NCBI GenBank assembly: GCA_964480905.1 | Contig: CAYZRO010000001.1 | Coordinates: forward strand, 1 to 26,985 | Length of the DNA: 26,985 nucleotides | From: an uncultured Candidatus Saccharibacteria bacterium | GTDB lineage: Bacteria; Patescibacteriota; Minisyncoccia; Portnoybacterales; JAGGTM01 | Reading direction: 5' to 3' | Shown here: piece after piece, positions 1 through 8,798 of the stretch | Layout of the letters: each line of letters starts with the position of its first letter | Numbering within the stretch: the stretch's first letter is position 1 | The notes under the pieces: model-generated | The model's database searches: none | What the model saw: the letters and a program-made list of their open reading frames with translations, nothing else | Told to the model about the DNA's origin: nothing | Translations under genes and position numbers: made by a program

Positions 1-1395
1 AGTATAGTAGATATTTTGAAGCGTTTAGAGAAAAAAATAAACGATTTGGTTCGTGGTTCCGAGGGACATCCTGTAAAGAATCCGGGTTTGATAAAAGCAA
101 TAACTGATAAATTACAGATATTGGAGCAGCAATACCAAGAATTAAAGAAACGACTGCAGGAAAAAAATCTAGTCAGATCGCAACTTAAAGAACTTTCAGA
201 GAAATACGAGAAATTAAAAAAGCAATATAAATTAATAGAAGAAAACGTAAAAGACATTCGTTTTTATTTTCAAGCACAAGAAAAAATAAAACAGAATGAA
301 AATGATTTAAATTTTATTTATCAAGATTTACAAAGAATAGAGGATTTAGAAAAAGAAGAAAAAGAATTAAAAAAACAAATAAAAGAATTTTCAGGCGTTA
401 AAGTCGGAACAAAAATCACAAATAATTCTTTTATCTTTGCCGTTGTTTTTTTTGTTGGTTTAGTTTTAGGGGTTTTAGGGTATTTTATTAGTCATTGGTT
501 GTTTTTGTTTTTTTTCTTATCAATTTTTTCCTTAATTTTATTTTTTAGAAAGTATATATCCGGTTTAAAGACTGAAAATAATTCCACTCTTCAGAGGTTG
601 GCTAAACGATTAGAAAAAATTAAGGGAGAGAAGCAAGGAATTTTAAGAGGTAGGTCTTTGGCTGATTTAAAGAGTAAAAAGCTGCATTTGGCTAAGCGGA
701 TTGCCATTGAAGAAGAAAAGATTAAAGAGGAATATAAGTTTCAAAAACCTTCTTTAGAGAATCTTAAGAAACTAGAATCAGAATTAAGAAATTTAGAAAG
801 CCATAAAGAAACAATGAGCAGGCAAATTGCTGAATATTCAGCAATTTTGAAGCAAAGCCCAATCAATCAAGAGCACTTAATTGAGTTAGAAGAAGAGATA
901 AACCATTTTAAAGAAAAGTTAGCTTATCTATTAAAAAAGAAAAAAATATATTTGTTGTTAAAAGAAGTTTTTTTAGAAGCAAAAGTTGAGACGATTTCAA
1001 AAATTCGAAATAGTTTAGAACATCGAATGGCCTATTTTTTAAAAAGGATTACCCGAAACAAATATAGCCAAATGGTTTTGGATGATAATTTGTCCTTAAA
1101 AGTTTGGAGTCCGGAAAAAAAAGAGATATTAATACCTGATGAAGAATTAAGCAGAGGCACTATCGATCTTTTGTATTTAGTCGCCAGATTTGCCTTAATT
1201 CAGTTATTGAACAAGGCTAATCAGCATCCTTTAGTTATTTTAGATGATCCTTTTATCTCTTTAGATTTAGATAGACGTAAAGAAACAAAGAAAATTCTTC
1301 AAGAGTTAAGCAATAAATTTCAGATTATTCTTCTTACTTGTTCTGATGATTATAATAATTGGGGTGAGGTTGTAGATTTGAATAAGTATAAGTAA
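1..1395 (+). CDS. YhaN/SbcC-like (SMC-type) coiled-coil ATPase, C-terminal part, 5'-truncated by the window edge
   Basis: Frame 1 is open from base 1. Long coiled coil with an internal hydrophobic stretch (FIFAVVFFVGLVLGVLGYFISHWLFLFFFLSIFSLILFF). C-terminal ABC-type signature variant LSRGT, Walker B VILDDPF, D-loop SLD and LLTC in the H-loop position. Confidence 0.8.
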   Translation, partial: SIVDILKRLEKKINDLVRGSEGHPVKNPGLIKAITDKLQILEQQYQELKKRLQEKNLVRSQLKELSEKYEKLKKQYKLIEENVKDIRFYFQAQEKIKQNENDLNFIYQDLQRIEDLEKEEKELKKQIKEFSGVKVGTKITNNSFIFAVVFFVGLVLGVLGYFISHWLFLFFFLSIFSLILFFRKYISGLKTENNSTLQRLAKRLEKIKGEKQGILRGRSLADLKSKKLHLAKRIAIEEEKIKEEYKFQKPSLENLKKLESELRNLESHKETMSRQIAEYSAILKQSPINQEHLIELEEEINHFKEKLAYLLKKKKIYLLLKEVFLEAKVETISKIRNSLEHRMAYFLKRITRNKYSQMVLDDNLSLKVWSPEKKEILIPDEELSRGTIDLLYLVARFALIQLLNKANQHPLVILDDPFISLDLDRRKETKKILQELSNKFQIILLTCSDDYNNWGEVVDLNKYK

Positions 1396-1507
1396 TATCT
1401 TTGTAAATAAAAAATTAATTTATTTTATTGACTAAAGGCGAAAAAAATTATAATTTAAACTTAATATCTAAATTTCTAAAGATAAATAGGATAAATAATT
1501 TAAAAAT

Positions 1508-1816
1508 ATGTTTGCAGTAGTTAAAATTGGGGGAAAACAATATAAAGTTTCTCCGGGAGATAAAATTGAAGTAGCCAAAATAGAGAAACCTGAAGGACGA
1601 ACAATAGTTTTTAAGGATGTGTTATTGTTATGGAAAGATAAAAAGTTGAAAATAGGCACTCCGATTGTTAAGCAGTCAAAAGTGAAAGCTAAAATTTTGA
1701 AACACGGTAAGTCTGAGAAAAAAATTATTTTCAAATATAAACCAAAGAAAAGATATAAAATTAAAAAGGGCCATCGTCAGTTATATACAACTATAGAGGT
1801 TGTTGAGATAAATTAA
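1508..1816 (+). CDS. rplU: 50S ribosomal protein bL21
   Basis: MFAVVKIGGKQYKV N-terminus; GHRQLYT C-terminal motif. Confidence 0.98.
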   Translation: MFAVVKIGGKQYKVSPGDKIEVAKIEKPEGRTIVFKDVLLLWKDKKLKIGTPIVKQSKVKAKILKHGKSEKKIIFKYKPKKRYKIKKGHRQLYTTIEVVEIN

Positions 1817-1834
1817 AAATATTTTTCTTGGTTT

Positions 1835-2422
1835 TTATTCTATCTTGATTGTTTTGGCAGTTATTTGTTTAGCATTTATAATTTCTTGGATTAACTCAGG
1901 AATTTTTTTTAGGACTCTGTTAATTTTTTTTCTTTCTTCTAACTTAAATTTATTCAGAACGAAATTTTTTGTTTCTATGCTTTGAAGGGGATTTTGCTTT
2001 TGTGGTTTAGGCCTAATACCTATTCTTAAACGAATGAAATTTTTTGAATTCAGCGCCTTAATAATAGATTCTACTCCTTTATGTCCGGCAGAACTTTTAT
2101 TTATTGAAATTTTAATCGTCCCTAAATCAAGATCGATATCGTCATGGATAACGACAATATCTTGGTTGTTTATTCCATATTGGTTTTTTAACAAGGCAGC
2201 TGTTTGTCCGGAGTTATTCATATAAGTTAAAGGTTTAACTAATATAATGTTTTTCTTAGCAATTCGGCTACTGATATAAAGGTAATGGGCTTTTTTATTT
2301 TTTTTCCAGTTTTTTATTGGTTGGAGTTTTTTTACTAAAAAATCAATCGCCATAAAGCCTGTATTATGTCGTGTTTCTTTGTATTTTATTCCGGGATTTC
2401 CTAAACCAATAATTAATTTCAT
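1835..2422 (-). CDS. pth: Peptidyl-tRNA hydrolase
   Basis: GLGNPG..Y..TRHN.GF, KPLTYMNNSG, HDDIDL and GHKG motifs. Confidence 0.97.
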   Translation of the reverse strand: MKLIIGLGNPGIKYKETRHNTGFMAIDFLVKKLQPIKNWKKNKKAHYLYISSRIAKKNIILVKPLTYMNNSGQTAALLKNQYGINNQDIVVIHDDIDLDLGTIKISINKSSAGHKGVESIIKALNSKNFIRLRIGIRPKPQKQNPLQSIETKNFVLNKFKLEERKKINRVLKKIPELIQEIINAKQITAKTIKIE

Positions 2423-2503
2423 GATTTTATTATACTGTTATTTGATTTAAATTAAAAGTTATGGTATTTTATAATCAATAAAAATTATTGATATTGAAAA
2501 GGC

Positions 2504-3067
2504 ATGAAGAAATTTTTAATTTTTAGTTATGAAACAATAAAAATAGTTATTATTTCTCTTTTAATTATTATTCCTTTAAAGTTTTTTATTGTTCAGCCGT
2601 TTTTTGTCAGAGGAGCTTCGATGGAACCGAATTTTGAAAATGGTGATTATTTGATAGTTAATGAATTAGTTTACCATTTTAGTAGCCCCAAGAGAGGCGA
2701 TGTAGTTGTTTTTAAATTTCCTCTTGATCCTTCGCAATATTATATAAAACGAATAATTGGCTTGCCGGGTGAAACCGTGGAAATTAAAAATGGTCAAGTA
2801 ATTATTTACAATAATGCTTTTCCTCAGGGAATGATTTTAGATGAGTCTATGTATTTAAGAAATGAAGAGACTAAAGGTGATTTAAAAGTAACTTTAGATG
2901 AGAATGATTATTTTGTTTTAGGCGATAATAGACAAGCGAGCGCTGATTCAAGAATTTGGGGTCTTGTTCCTCAACATTATATTGTTGGCCGTGTTTGGTT
3001 AAGGGCTTGGCCTTTTGATAAAGCTCAAGCTTTTGCTTCAATAAATTATCAATTGATTAAGAATTAA
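2504..3067 (+). CDS. lepB: Signal peptidase I
   Basis: N-terminal TM helix; catalytic Ser in GASMEP; Lys in YIKRIIG; GDNR.AS.DSR box. Confidence 0.97.
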   Translation: MKKFLIFSYETIKIVIISLLIIIPLKFFIVQPFFVRGASMEPNFENGDYLIVNELVYHFSSPKRGDVVVFKFPLDPSQYYIKRIIGLPGETVEIKNGQVIIYNNAFPQGMILDESMYLRNEETKGDLKVTLDENDYFVLGDNRQASADSRIWGLVPQHYIVGRVWLRAWPFDKAQAFASINYQLIKN

Positions 3068-3082
3068 TTTGTTTAAAAGCTT

Positions 3083-4396
3083 ATGCCTAGAGGGAAAAAG
3101 GTTTTTAGATCTCCAAAAGGGGTTTATGATATTTTGCCAGATGAACAGATTTATTGGGAAAAAGTTCGCCAAACTGTGAAGCGTATTTGTGAAATCTATG
3201 GATTTTCTCGAATTGACACCCCAATTATAGAAGAAGCTCAACTTTTTGCTAGAAGCGTTGGCTTAAGCACTGATGTAGTGGAGAAAGAGATGTATAGTTT
3301 TAAAACTAAAGGGAAAGATAATTTAGTTCTTCGTCCTGAATTTACTGCTGGCGTTGTCCGCGCCTATATTGAGCATGGGATGTTTAATATGACTCAGCCT
3401 GTTAAGTTATATTATCTAGGTCCTTGTTTTCGTTATGAGCAACCTCAGAGCGGACGCAATAGACAATTTTATCAATTTGGTTTTGAAATTTTTGGTAGTC
3501 AGGAGCCAATCTTGGACGCCGAAGTGATTCAAGTTTTTTTTAATATATGCAGAGAGTTAGGATTGAAAAATTTAATTGTCCATATTAATAGTTTGGGATG
3601 CAGCAGCTGTCGTCCTGCTTATAAAAAAGTTTTAGTAAATTATTATCGTCCTTTTATTAAAAAATTATGCCCAGATTGTCAGCGTCGTTTTAAGTCTAAT
3701 CCACTTCGTTTGTTAGATTGCAAACAAAACAAGTGTCAAATTTTTATTAATAATGCGCCTCAAATTATTGATTATTTATGCGATTCATGTCATAATCATT
3801 TCAAGAGTGTTTTAGAATTTCTTGATGAGTTAAAAATCCCATATATTTTAGATTCGCATTTAGTTAGAGGCCTTGATTATTATACAAGAACAGTTTTTGA
3901 GATTTTTTTTACTGGAGGAGAGAATAAAAATGAAATTGAACCGGTTAATAAATTATTAGCGATAGGCGGAGGCGGACGATTCGATAATTTAGTTAGTCTA
4001 TTGGGTGGGCGTGAGACACCGGCTATAGGTATAGGAGGAGGGATAGAACGAATTGTTGATTTAATGAAAAAGAGTAAACCCGTAAAATCTCTTGTTAAAT
4101 CTTTTCCTCAAGTATTTCTAGTTCAATTAGGCGATTTAGGCAAAAAAAGATCTCTTTCTTTATTTGAACAGTTGTGGCGTTCAGGGATTAAAGTTGCTGA
4201 GTCAGTAAGTAAAGATAGTATAAAATCACAGCTAAAGCTGGCTAATAAAATGAATGTGAAATTAGCACTTATTCTTGGACAGAAGGAAGCTTTAGATGAA
4301 ACAATAATTGTCCGTGATATGAGGACTGGAGCTCAAGAAGTTATACCTTTAAAAACGATTGTTAGAGAAATTAAAAAAAGACTAAAAAATAAATAA
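3083..4396 (+). CDS. hisS: Histidine--tRNA ligase
   Basis: LRPEFTA, RYEQPQSGRNRQFYQ, LVRGLDYY and GGGRFD motifs; C-terminal anticodon-binding domain. Confidence 0.98.
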   Translation: MPRGKKVFRSPKGVYDILPDEQIYWEKVRQTVKRICEIYGFSRIDTPIIEEAQLFARSVGLSTDVVEKEMYSFKTKGKDNLVLRPEFTAGVVRAYIEHGMFNMTQPVKLYYLGPCFRYEQPQSGRNRQFYQFGFEIFGSQEPILDAEVIQVFFNICRELGLKNLIVHINSLGCSSCRPAYKKVLVNYYRPFIKKLCPDCQRRFKSNPLRLLDCKQNKCQIFINNAPQIIDYLCDSCHNHFKSVLEFLDELKIPYILDSHLVRGLDYYTRTVFEIFFTGGENKNEIEPVNKLLAIGGGGRFDNLVSLLGGRETPAIGIGGGIERIVDLMKKSKPVKSLVKSFPQVFLVQLGDLGKKRSLSLFEQLWRSGIKVAESVSKDSIKSQLKLANKMNVKLALILGQKEALDETIIVRDMRTGAQEVIPLKTIVREIKKRLKNK

Positions 4397-4425
4397 TATT
4401 TATAAGCTTATAAATAAATTAATTA

Positions 4426-4776
4426 ATGGAATCTTGTATTTTTTGTCAAATATTAGAAGGGAAAATACCAACAAAATTTCTTTACCGCGATAGAGAAATT
4501 GCCGCTTTTTATGATATACATCCGATAGCTCCTGTTCACATTCTTATTATTCCTGTAAAACACATTCCTTCTATTGTGGATTTGACGCCGGCAGATACAG
4601 AATTGGTTGGCAGAATGATACTGGTGTCAAAAGAGCTTGCCGAGAAAGAAAATATCGCCCAGGATGGTTATAAATTGCTTTTTAGGGTTGGAAAGCATGG
4701 CGGTCAAGAGATTAATCATATTCATTTACATCTAATTGGTGGGGCGCCATTAAAGGAAGAAATTCGTCCTAAATAG
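4426..4776 (+). CDS. HIT (histidine triad) nucleotide-binding protein, HinT-like
   Basis: CIFCQI N-terminus; HIHLHLIGG histidine triad. Confidence 0.95.
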   Translation: MESCIFCQILEGKIPTKFLYRDREIAAFYDIHPIAPVHILIIPVKHIPSIVDLTPADTELVGRMILVSKELAEKENIAQDGYKLLFRVGKHGGQEINHIHLHLIGGAPLKEEIRPK

Positions 4777-4811
4777 CGGTAAGATAAATATTAAAAATAA
4801 TATAATAAGAA

Positions 4812-4819
4812 AAGGAGGT
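4812..4819 (+). promoter_or_regulatory. Strong Shine-Dalgarno site of rpsU
   Basis: AAGGAGGT, 8 nt before the GTG start at 4828. Confidence 0.85.
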
Positions 4820-4827
4820 GTATATAT

Positions 4828-5106
4828 GTGGTCATTGAGGTTAAAAAGAGAAAAACAGAAACAATTAGCAATTTAATTAGGAGATTTACTAGATCTGTTC
4901 AACAAAGCGGGATTTTGATTCAGGCTCGACAGAGGCGATTTTATAGAAAGCCAAAAAATAAAAGAAAGAAAAGAGAAAGCGCTTTACGGCGCCAAGAGAT
5001 ACTTCGTTTGAGAGAAGAATTAACAAAGCAAGGATTGCTGAGAGAGGGAGAAATGATACCAAAAGATAAAATTAAAAAATTAGATGAGCTTAAAGAAAAA
5101 AATTGA
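4828..5106 (+). CDS. rpsU: 30S ribosomal protein bS21 with C-terminal extension
   Basis: IEVKKR..E.ISNLIRRF.RSVQQSGIL...RRFYRKP..KR pattern; conserved HIT-rpsU-yqeY gene order. Confidence 0.88.
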   Translation: MVIEVKKRKTETISNLIRRFTRSVQQSGILIQARQRRFYRKPKNKRKKRESALRRQEILRLREELTKQGLLREGEMIPKDKIKKLDELKEKN

Positions 5107-5593
5107 AGATTCTTTAATAAATGCTTTAAGGACAAAAAATGAGCTAAAGGCTCGTGTTTTGAGGACTCTGAACGCTGTCATTAAAAACAAAGAAATCGAA
5201 AAACGGACGAAGTTGTCTCATAAAGAAAAATTAGCTATTCAGGAATTAACAAAACAAAGTCAACTTTCAGATGACGAAATTTTGAGTATTATTAATGGCG
5301 AGATTAAAAGGCGGAGGGAGGCTGTTGAGGCTTACGAAAAAGCCAAGAGAAAAGATTTGGCTTTGAAAGAGAAGGAAGAAATAGAGGTCCTGAAACAATT
5401 TTTACCTGGACAGCTTTCTCTGGATAGAATAAGAGAGTTAGTTAAAGAAACAGCTCAGGAATTGCAGGCAAGCGGTTTGAATGACATTGGCAAGGTGATG
5501 AGTATTATTATGCCAAAAGTTAAGAATAGGGCTGAAGGAAAAGTGGTAAATCAAATAGTCCGTGAGGAGTTAAGAAAAATAGAGAACGGCTAA
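5084..5593 (+). CDS. yqeY: GatB/YqeY domain protein
   Basis: K.R.EA.E.YEKAKR.DLA.KEKEEI.VL..FLP.QLS and DIGKVM..IMPKVKNRAEGK; ATG overlaps the rpsU 3' end by 23 nt. Confidence 0.93.
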   Translation: MSLKKKIEDSLINALRTKNELKARVLRTLNAVIKNKEIEKRTKLSHKEKLAIQELTKQSQLSDDEILSIINGEIKRRREAVEAYEKAKRKDLALKEKEEIEVLKQFLPGQLSLDRIRELVKETAQELQASGLNDIGKVMSIIMPKVKNRAEGKVVNQIVREELRKIENG

Positions 5594-5637
5594 AAAGTTT
5601 TTTCAAAAAAATAATTTAACAAAGGAATAACAGTTCA

Positions 5638-6093
5638 ATGTTAGAGATAAATAATTTGACTAGGGTAAAAGTAGAGAAATCTTTTTTAAAGAAAACTTTC
5701 CAGGCGGTTTTAGATTTTTTAAAAATAAAAAGACCTTTTGAAGTCAGCTTGGTTTTGGTTGGCAAGGATAGAATAAGGAAGTTAAATAAAAAATATCGAA
5801 ATTATGATAAAGCGACCGATGTTTTAGCTTTCCCCTTTTTTTATTATCAAGAGGGAAAAGAAAGTTTGCCAAAAAGATTTAAACAAGACAATTTTTTGGG
5901 AGAAATAGTAATATGTTTACCTTTTGCCAAAGAGCAATCTTTAAAAGCTGGACATTCATTAAAGAGAGAATTGACTGTTCTTTTTGTTCATGGTATTTTA
6001 CATTTGTTGGGGTTTAATCATGAGTCAAATGATAAGGGAAAAAGTGAAAAGATGAAAGATTTAGAGAAAAGAATTTTAAAAAAATTAAAATAA
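5638..6093 (+). CDS. ybeY: rRNA maturation endoribonuclease YbeY
   Basis: LNKKYR..DKATDVLAFP, LGEIVI and HGILHLLGFNH zinc motif. Confidence 0.96.
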   Translation: MLEINNLTRVKVEKSFLKKTFQAVLDFLKIKRPFEVSLVLVGKDRIRKLNKKYRNYDKATDVLAFPFFYYQEGKESLPKRFKQDNFLGEIVICLPFAKEQSLKAGHSLKRELTVLFVHGILHLLGFNHESNDKGKSEKMKDLEKRILKKLK

Positions 6094-6119
6094 AAATAAA
6101 ATTTTAAAAAAACTTAAGT

Positions 6120-6160
6120 TTTAGTAATTGATTAATTGATTCAATTAATCAATTACTAAA
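6120..6160. repeat. Perfect 20-bp inverted repeat with a 1-nt centre
   Basis: tttagtaattgattaattga-t-tcaattaatcaattactaaa; the arms are exact reverse complements. Confidence 0.9.
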
Positions 6161-6175
6161 TTTAATTTAAAGACA

Positions 6176-7411
6176 TTGTCTAAAAAGCAAATATCAGTTG
6201 GTTTAGACGTTGGTACGAGCAATGTGAGGGTAATTGTCGCTAAGTATAATGAAAGAGATGATAAGCCACAAATTATTGGCGTAGGTCAAGCATTTTCCTC
6301 TGGTATGCGGCGAGGAGCAGTAGTTGATATTGAGGAAGTTGTAAAGTCTATTAGGCAGGCAGTAAAACAGGCTGAACAGACAAGCGGCGTACCCATTGAG
6401 CATGTTTTAGTAAGTGTTGGCGATTGTCAAATAACAAGCCGACCTAGCAAAGGAGTTATTGCCGTTTCTCGGGCTGACGGAGAGATTTCAAAAGAAGATA
6501 TAAGGAGAGTAATTGAGGCTTCAAGGGCAATTTCTTTGCCTCCCAACCGTGAGATTATTCATGTCATTCCTCGGAGTTTTACAATAGATGGCCAAGAAAT
6601 GATTAAAGATCCAGAAGGCATGAATGGAGTTAGGCTGGAGGTTGATACTTTATTAATAGAGGGTTCAATTCCTTTTATTAAAAATTTAACCAAGTGTATT
6701 AATTTAGCAGGTTTAGATATAGATGATTTAGTAGTTTCACCAATTGCTGCTTCCCAAGCCGTTTTGACTAAAAGACAGAAAGAATTAGGCGTTTTGGCTT
6801 TAGATATTGGTGGAGGCACTGTGGGTTTGACAGTTTTTGAAGAAGGCAATATAATACATAGTCAAGTTCTTCCTATCGGAGCGTCTCATATTACCAATGA
6901 TATTGCTATAGGTTTGAAAACAAGTATTGATGTGGCAGAAAGAGTTAAACTGGAATATGGTTCAGTTTTGCCTAATGAGATAAATAAGAAAGAAGTAGTT
7001 GATTTGTCAAAACTTGAAGGGGAAGAAGGAATGGTACCTCGTCGCCATATTGCTGAGATTATAGAAGCGAGAATGTCTGAAATTTTAGATTTAGTTAACA
7101 AAGAACTTAAAAAGATAGATCGGCAAGCGCTTTTGCCAGGAGGAATTGTTTTAGTAGGCGGAGGGGCGAAAACCCCGGGCTTGATTGATTTAACCAAGAA
7201 AACATTAGCTTTGCCAGTTCAAATTGGTTTTCCGACAGAAATAGAAGGTTTAGTCGACAAAGTGGACGATCCAAGCTTTGCTACAGCAGTTGGATTGATA
7301 AAGCCTCAATTTTTTGATCAAAAAGATATTAGAGAAAATGTATCCGAGAGAAAAAGTTTGTCTCAGATAGGTTTTAAAATCAAAAAATGGCTAAAAGGGT
7401 TTTTACCTTAA
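6176..7411 (+). CDS. ftsA: Cell division protein FtsA
   Basis: GLDVGTS, GMRRGAVVDI, LDIGGGT, HITNDIA and GGGAKTPG actin-fold motifs; C-terminal amphipathic helix; TTG start. Confidence 0.98.
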   Translation: MSKKQISVGLDVGTSNVRVIVAKYNERDDKPQIIGVGQAFSSGMRRGAVVDIEEVVKSIRQAVKQAEQTSGVPIEHVLVSVGDCQITSRPSKGVIAVSRADGEISKEDIRRVIEASRAISLPPNREIIHVIPRSFTIDGQEMIKDPEGMNGVRLEVDTLLIEGSIPFIKNLTKCINLAGLDIDDLVVSPIAASQAVLTKRQKELGVLALDIGGGTVGLTVFEEGNIIHSQVLPIGASHITNDIAIGLKTSIDVAERVKLEYGSVLPNEINKKEVVDLSKLEGEEGMVPRRHIAEIIEARMSEILDLVNKELKKIDRQALLPGGIVLVGGGAKTPGLIDLTKKTLALPVQIGFPTEIEGLVDKVDDPSFATAVGLIKPQFFDQKDIRENVSERKSLSQIGFKIKKWLKGFLP

Positions 7412-7449
7412 TAAATAATTTTGAGTTGAAAAGAAATTTTAAATGTAAG

Positions 7450-7479
7450 AAATACAGGAGGGGACTCTTGTATTTTTTT
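7450..7479 (+). terminator. Intrinsic terminator after ftsA
   Basis: aaatacaggag-ggga-ctcttgtattt stem (one G.U pair) followed by a T run. Confidence 0.65.
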
Positions 7480-7565
7480 AAAAAATATATTATTGTGATT
7501 TATTAATCATTAAGTTTCAACTAACATTAATAAGAATTGATATTATTGTTAGTTGAGTATAATTT

Positions 7566-8684
7566 ATGCCTCGGATTAAACCTGAACTTGAAACTTTCGC
7601 TAAAATTAAAGTAATCGGCGTAGGCGGGAGCGGCGGCAATGCTATTACAAGAATGATGGCTTGTAAAATTAAAGGCGTTGATTTTGTTGCTATCAATACG
7701 GACGCTCAGGATCTCCATCATACCGACGCTCCGGTAAAATTACATATTGGTAAAAATTTAACTAGAGGATTGGGCGCTGGTATGAATCCAGAAATAGGAC
7801 GTCAAGCAGCCGAAGAAAATAGGGAAGAAATACACGAGGTAGTTAAGGGGGCAGATATGGTTTTTGTTACCTGTGGATTAGGAGGAGGTACAGGAAGTGG
7901 AGCTTCTCCAATTATTGCTGAGGCGGCTAAAGATGCTGGTGCTTTAACTGTGGCAGTTGTCACTAAGCCATTTTCTTTTGAAGGGATTCAAAGAGCAAGG
8001 ATTGCTGAGGAATCTTTGGGGATTTTAAAAGACAAAGTAGATACCTTAATTACTATTCATAATGATAAATTATTAGGAATAATTGAGAGAAATACTTCTT
8101 TGGCAGAAGCTTTTGGTGTAGTTGATGACATTTTACGTCAAGCGGTTCAGGGAATTTCTGATTTGGTAGTTACCCCGGGTATTGTTAATGTTGATTTTGC
8201 TGATGTAAAAACAATTATGGAGAATACCGGTTCGGCAATGATGGGAATTGGTCGAGCTAGCGGTGAAGAGCGAGCCATAGAGGCAGCAAGAGCCGCTATT
8301 AATTCTCCTTTATTAGAGCTTTCTATAGATGGGGCGCGAGGAGTTTTGTTTAATGTTTGTGGAGGGCCTGATTTGACAATGACGGAAATTAATGAAGCGG
8401 CAAAGGTTATTACTGAATCAATTGACCCTGAGGCAAAAGTTATTTTCGGTGCAGTGACAGATGAGAGTATTAAAAAAGGCGAAATAAAGGTGACAGTTAT
8501 TGCTACAGGATTTAACAATGAGCCGTTTCATAAAAGAAAAGTTGATGGTATAGATGAGGCAGCAGAAGTTGATAGTTCAAAGAAACAGATAAAAAAGAAA
8601 AAAGAAGCCGTTACCACTGTGCCGGTAGAAGAAGAAAAAGATGAATGGGATATTCCTGCTTTTATTCGCCGGAAGATAAAATAA
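7566..8684 (+). CDS. ftsZ: Cell division protein FtsZ
   Basis: [18 protein letters not shown] tubulin signature, NVDFADV, C-terminal DIPAFIRR peptide. Confidence 0.99.
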   Translation: MPRIKPELETFAKIKVIGVGGSGGNAITRMMACKIKGVDFVAINTDAQDLHHTDAPVKLHIGKNLTRGLGAGMNPEIGRQAAEENREEIHEVVKGADMVFVTCGLGGGTGSGASPIIAEAAKDAGALTVAVVTKPFSFEGIQRARIAEESLGILKDKVDTLITIHNDKLLGIIERNTSLAEAFGVVDDILRQAVQGISDLVVTPGIVNVDFADVKTIMENTGSAMMGIGRASGEERAIEAARAAINSPLLELSIDGARGVLFNVCGGPDLTMTEINEAAKVITESIDPEAKVIFGAVTDESIKKGEIKVTVIATGFNNEPFHKRKVDGIDEAAEVDSSKKQIKKKKEAVTTVPVEEEKDEWDIPAFIRRKIK

Positions 8685-8701
8685 GTTAACGAAAAAATAT
8701 C

Positions 8702-8710
8702 TTATCCACA
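8702..8710 (+). promoter_or_regulatory. Consensus DnaA box upstream of nrdD
   Basis: Exact TTATCCACA. Confidence 0.55.
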
Positions 8711-8738
8711 AAAAGCAGTCGTTTGACTGCTTTTTGTG
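8707..8738. terminator. Perfect 14-bp hairpin after ftsZ (probable terminator)
   Basis: cacaaaaagcagtc-gttt-gactgctttttgtg. Confidence 0.7.
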
Positions 8739-8751
8739 ATTAGAGTAAAAT
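8723..8751 (+). promoter_or_regulatory. Putative sigma70 promoter of nrdD
   Basis: TTGACT (8723-8728), 17 nt, TAAAAT (8746-8751). Confidence 0.6.
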
Positions 8752-8798
8752 GTAAATATCTTATTAGTTAAAATCTAAGAAAATTTATATATAAACGT

